A stretch of DNA of 24,000 nucleotides from Vibrio phage Wyman. Location of the stretch: sequence record OQ095915.1, one strand, 5' to 3'. This document shows, piece after piece, positions 22,556-24,000 of the stretch (within the stretch, counting starts at the first letter, position 1; each line of letters begins with the position of its first letter). A program made the translations under genes and the position numbers. The notes below the pieces were generated by a model, which worked only from the letters and a program-made list of their open reading frames with translations, was not told the DNA's origin and searched no databases.

Positions 22556-22590
22556 AAGAGGGGTGAAAGCCCCTATTATAGGTAAAAACT

Positions 22591-23061
22591 ATGAATAAAC
22601 TAAAACTACTAACGTTAGCAGTACTAGCCTCAGTAGGTATGAGCGGAGCAGCTTTAGCAAATACAATTAATGCTGATTTCTCTACAAACCTACAAAGTTA
22701 CTGTACTATTGGTCAAACCTCCCCAGGTATTATGCACCTAGATGGTACAGCCCTTACTACAGATACCCCTGCACAACTCGTTGTAAATAACAACGATGCT
22801 GGTATTTATCAAGTAAGTATCAATGCTCCTGCTGACTTTACAAATAAACCAAATAGCTATGCAGGTACTACATCGTTTACGTCAGCATTTGGTCTACAGG
22901 GGCAAAACCCTACAGACAACCCTGTTGCTAATGGTGCAACTCATGCGCTAGCTAACAGTGGTACTGATAATATGAGTGTATCTCTATTTGGTACTTCTAC
23001 AACTGACTTTACGGCAGGTAACTACTCGGCGGTAGTTGTAGCATCATGCGTAGCTCAGTAA
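22591..23061 (+). CDS. Exported pilin-like / spore-coat-U-like protein
   Basis: Signal peptide MNKLKLLTLAVLASVGMSGAALA; two cysteines in the mature part (SYCTIG, VVASC); C-terminal TAGNYSAVVVASC pattern typical of pilin-like folds. Confidence 0.6.
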   Translation: MNKLKLLTLAVLASVGMSGAALANTINADFSTNLQSYCTIGQTSPGIMHLDGTALTTDTPAQLVVNNNDAGIYQVSINAPADFTNKPNSYAGTTSFTSAFGLQGQNPTDNPVANGATHALANSGTDNMSVSLFGTSTTDFTAGNYSAVVVASCVAQ

Positions 23062-23453
23062 TACTATTAAGCCTATTAATCTCAGGGTGGGCAAATGCGC
23101 TCACCATGTCACCAATGTATAAAGATGACTTGGTGTACCAGGATTTATATATGGCTAAGTTTAAACTAGAGAATAATGGAGCAGATCTACAAGAGTACGA
23201 TGTATCATTGCATAAAGAATCCCCAGAAGGCGAAATACTATATACTTCAGAGGATGTACTAGGTGGTGATGGATATAAATCTTTAAGTGTTCCTATTTAC
23301 GATATAAAACCAGATAAGTTACAAAAGTATTATATATGTGTAACGGAAAAGCCTAAGGAGAACCAAAAATGGGGTGTAGTTGGAAGAGCTTGTGCAAAAG
23401 TGCGATTATATTGGCCACAATCACAGCTACGTCAGTTAGCGCAGCAGGATTAA
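23046..23453 (+). CDS. Exported protein resembling the N-terminal domain of a pilus chaperone
   Basis: Signal peptide MRSSVILLSLLISGWANA; beta-sandwich-like FKLENNGADLQEYDVSL...; overlaps the preceding gene. Confidence 0.4.
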   Translation: MRSSVILLSLLISGWANALTMSPMYKDDLVYQDLYMAKFKLENNGADLQEYDVSLHKESPEGEILYTSEDVLGGDGYKSLSVPIYDIKPDKLQKYYICVTEKPKENQKWGVVGRACAKVRLYWPQSQLRQLAQQD

Positions 23454-23746
23454 TTCCTAGCCCAGAGCTACCTTACGGTAATGATTCAATACGTACACCG
23501 GATGGTTTCCAATGTTCTAGTGCCATAGCTCCCTCTGCTTACATGGATGCTGGTGTGTACCAAGAAGATGATAATAGTAAGTATGGGGACCCTGATAGGG
23601 GTGTGTACGTACGAATAATGGTACCCTTATACAGTGGTACTAAGAGGCTTGATTGTAGTCAGCTTTACAAACAAGCATTAAAGGAGAGGCAGCGTGAGCA
23701 AGCTCTCAGCAATATTAAAGACAACGTGTTTAAGTCTAATAATTAG
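23369..23746 (+). CDS. Exported protein of unknown function
   Basis: Hydrophobic signal IILATITATSVSA, then VYVRIMVPLYSGTKRLDCSQLYKQALKERQREQAL; start uncertain, 85-nt overlap with upstream ORF. Confidence 0.55.
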   Translation: MGCSWKSLCKSAIILATITATSVSAAGLIPSPELPYGNDSIRTPDGFQCSSAIAPSAYMDAGVYQEDDNSKYGDPDRGVYVRIMVPLYSGTKRLDCSQLYKQALKERQREQALSNIKDNVFKSNN

Positions 23747-23897
23747 TGGCTGTACATTTAACTTTACTATAGACACAGATTATGCATCACAAAGAGATCA
23801 TGGTGGACCAATTGAAGAAGAAGTCACAACTCATAACAAAACTGAGACAGATCCTAATGTCGACGCGAACATAGAAGTTCCTGGAGCAGCCCTATGA
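23694..23897 (+). CDS. Small lipoprotein
   Basis: MSKLSAILKTTCLSLIISGC lipobox-like signal followed by a short acidic mature part. Confidence 0.6.
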   Translation: MSKLSAILKTTCLSLIISGCTFNFTIDTDYASQRDHGGPIEEEVTTHNKTETDPNVDANIEVPGAAL

Positions 23898-24000
23898 GAT
23901 TATCCCCAGATGTGGAAAGAATCCTAGAGGCTATTAACACCATAAAAGGTGGAGCAAGTATTGTTCCAGAAGACATAGACTCTGCAGTTAGTCACGTACT
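23894..24000 (+). CDS. Start of next gene, truncated by the window
   Basis: ATGAGATTATCCCCAGATGTGGAAAGAATCC... open to the window end, ATGA overlap with the lipoprotein gene. Confidence 0.55.
   Translation, partial: MRLSPDVERILEAINTIKGGASIVPEDIDSAVSHV

Noticed and set aside
1-24000. CRISPR array
   Set aside because: No regularly spaced direct repeats seen; repeated words are tRNA T-arms/CCA ends and promoter blocks.

Overview
The window looks like a tRNA-rich segment of a tailed-phage genome from a gammaproteobacterial (possibly Vibrio-like) host; the host is inference only. All convincing genes are on the + strand. The left part (about 1-14000) holds many short, mostly uncharacterised genes behind repeated sigma70-like promoters, interspersed with 25 tRNA genes. 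It also encodes a DEDD-type exonuclease-like protein, a GatB/YqeY-like protein, an SPFH/flotillin-like protein, a nucleoside 2-deoxyribosyltransferase-like protein and PnuC. From about 14300 there are an HNH/NUMOD-like homing endonuclease candidate, a DUF4326-like protein, a spanin pair, a dNMP kinase, tail-fibre-like proteins and a set of secreted/pilin-like proteins. The observations most worth following up are: (1) a long fibre ORF whose only good start lies in another frame, implying a -1 frameshift or an indel; (2) a cassette of exported pilin-like, chaperone-like and lipoprotein genes after the fibres; (3) structured non-coding segments inside the tRNA arrays, one behind its own promoter; (4) several structurally deviant tRNAs; (5) an AUU-start ORF missed by the ORF track; (6) the NDT-like/PnuC pair; (7) the flotillin-like protein. 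Everything was read by eye; no database search or folding program was run.
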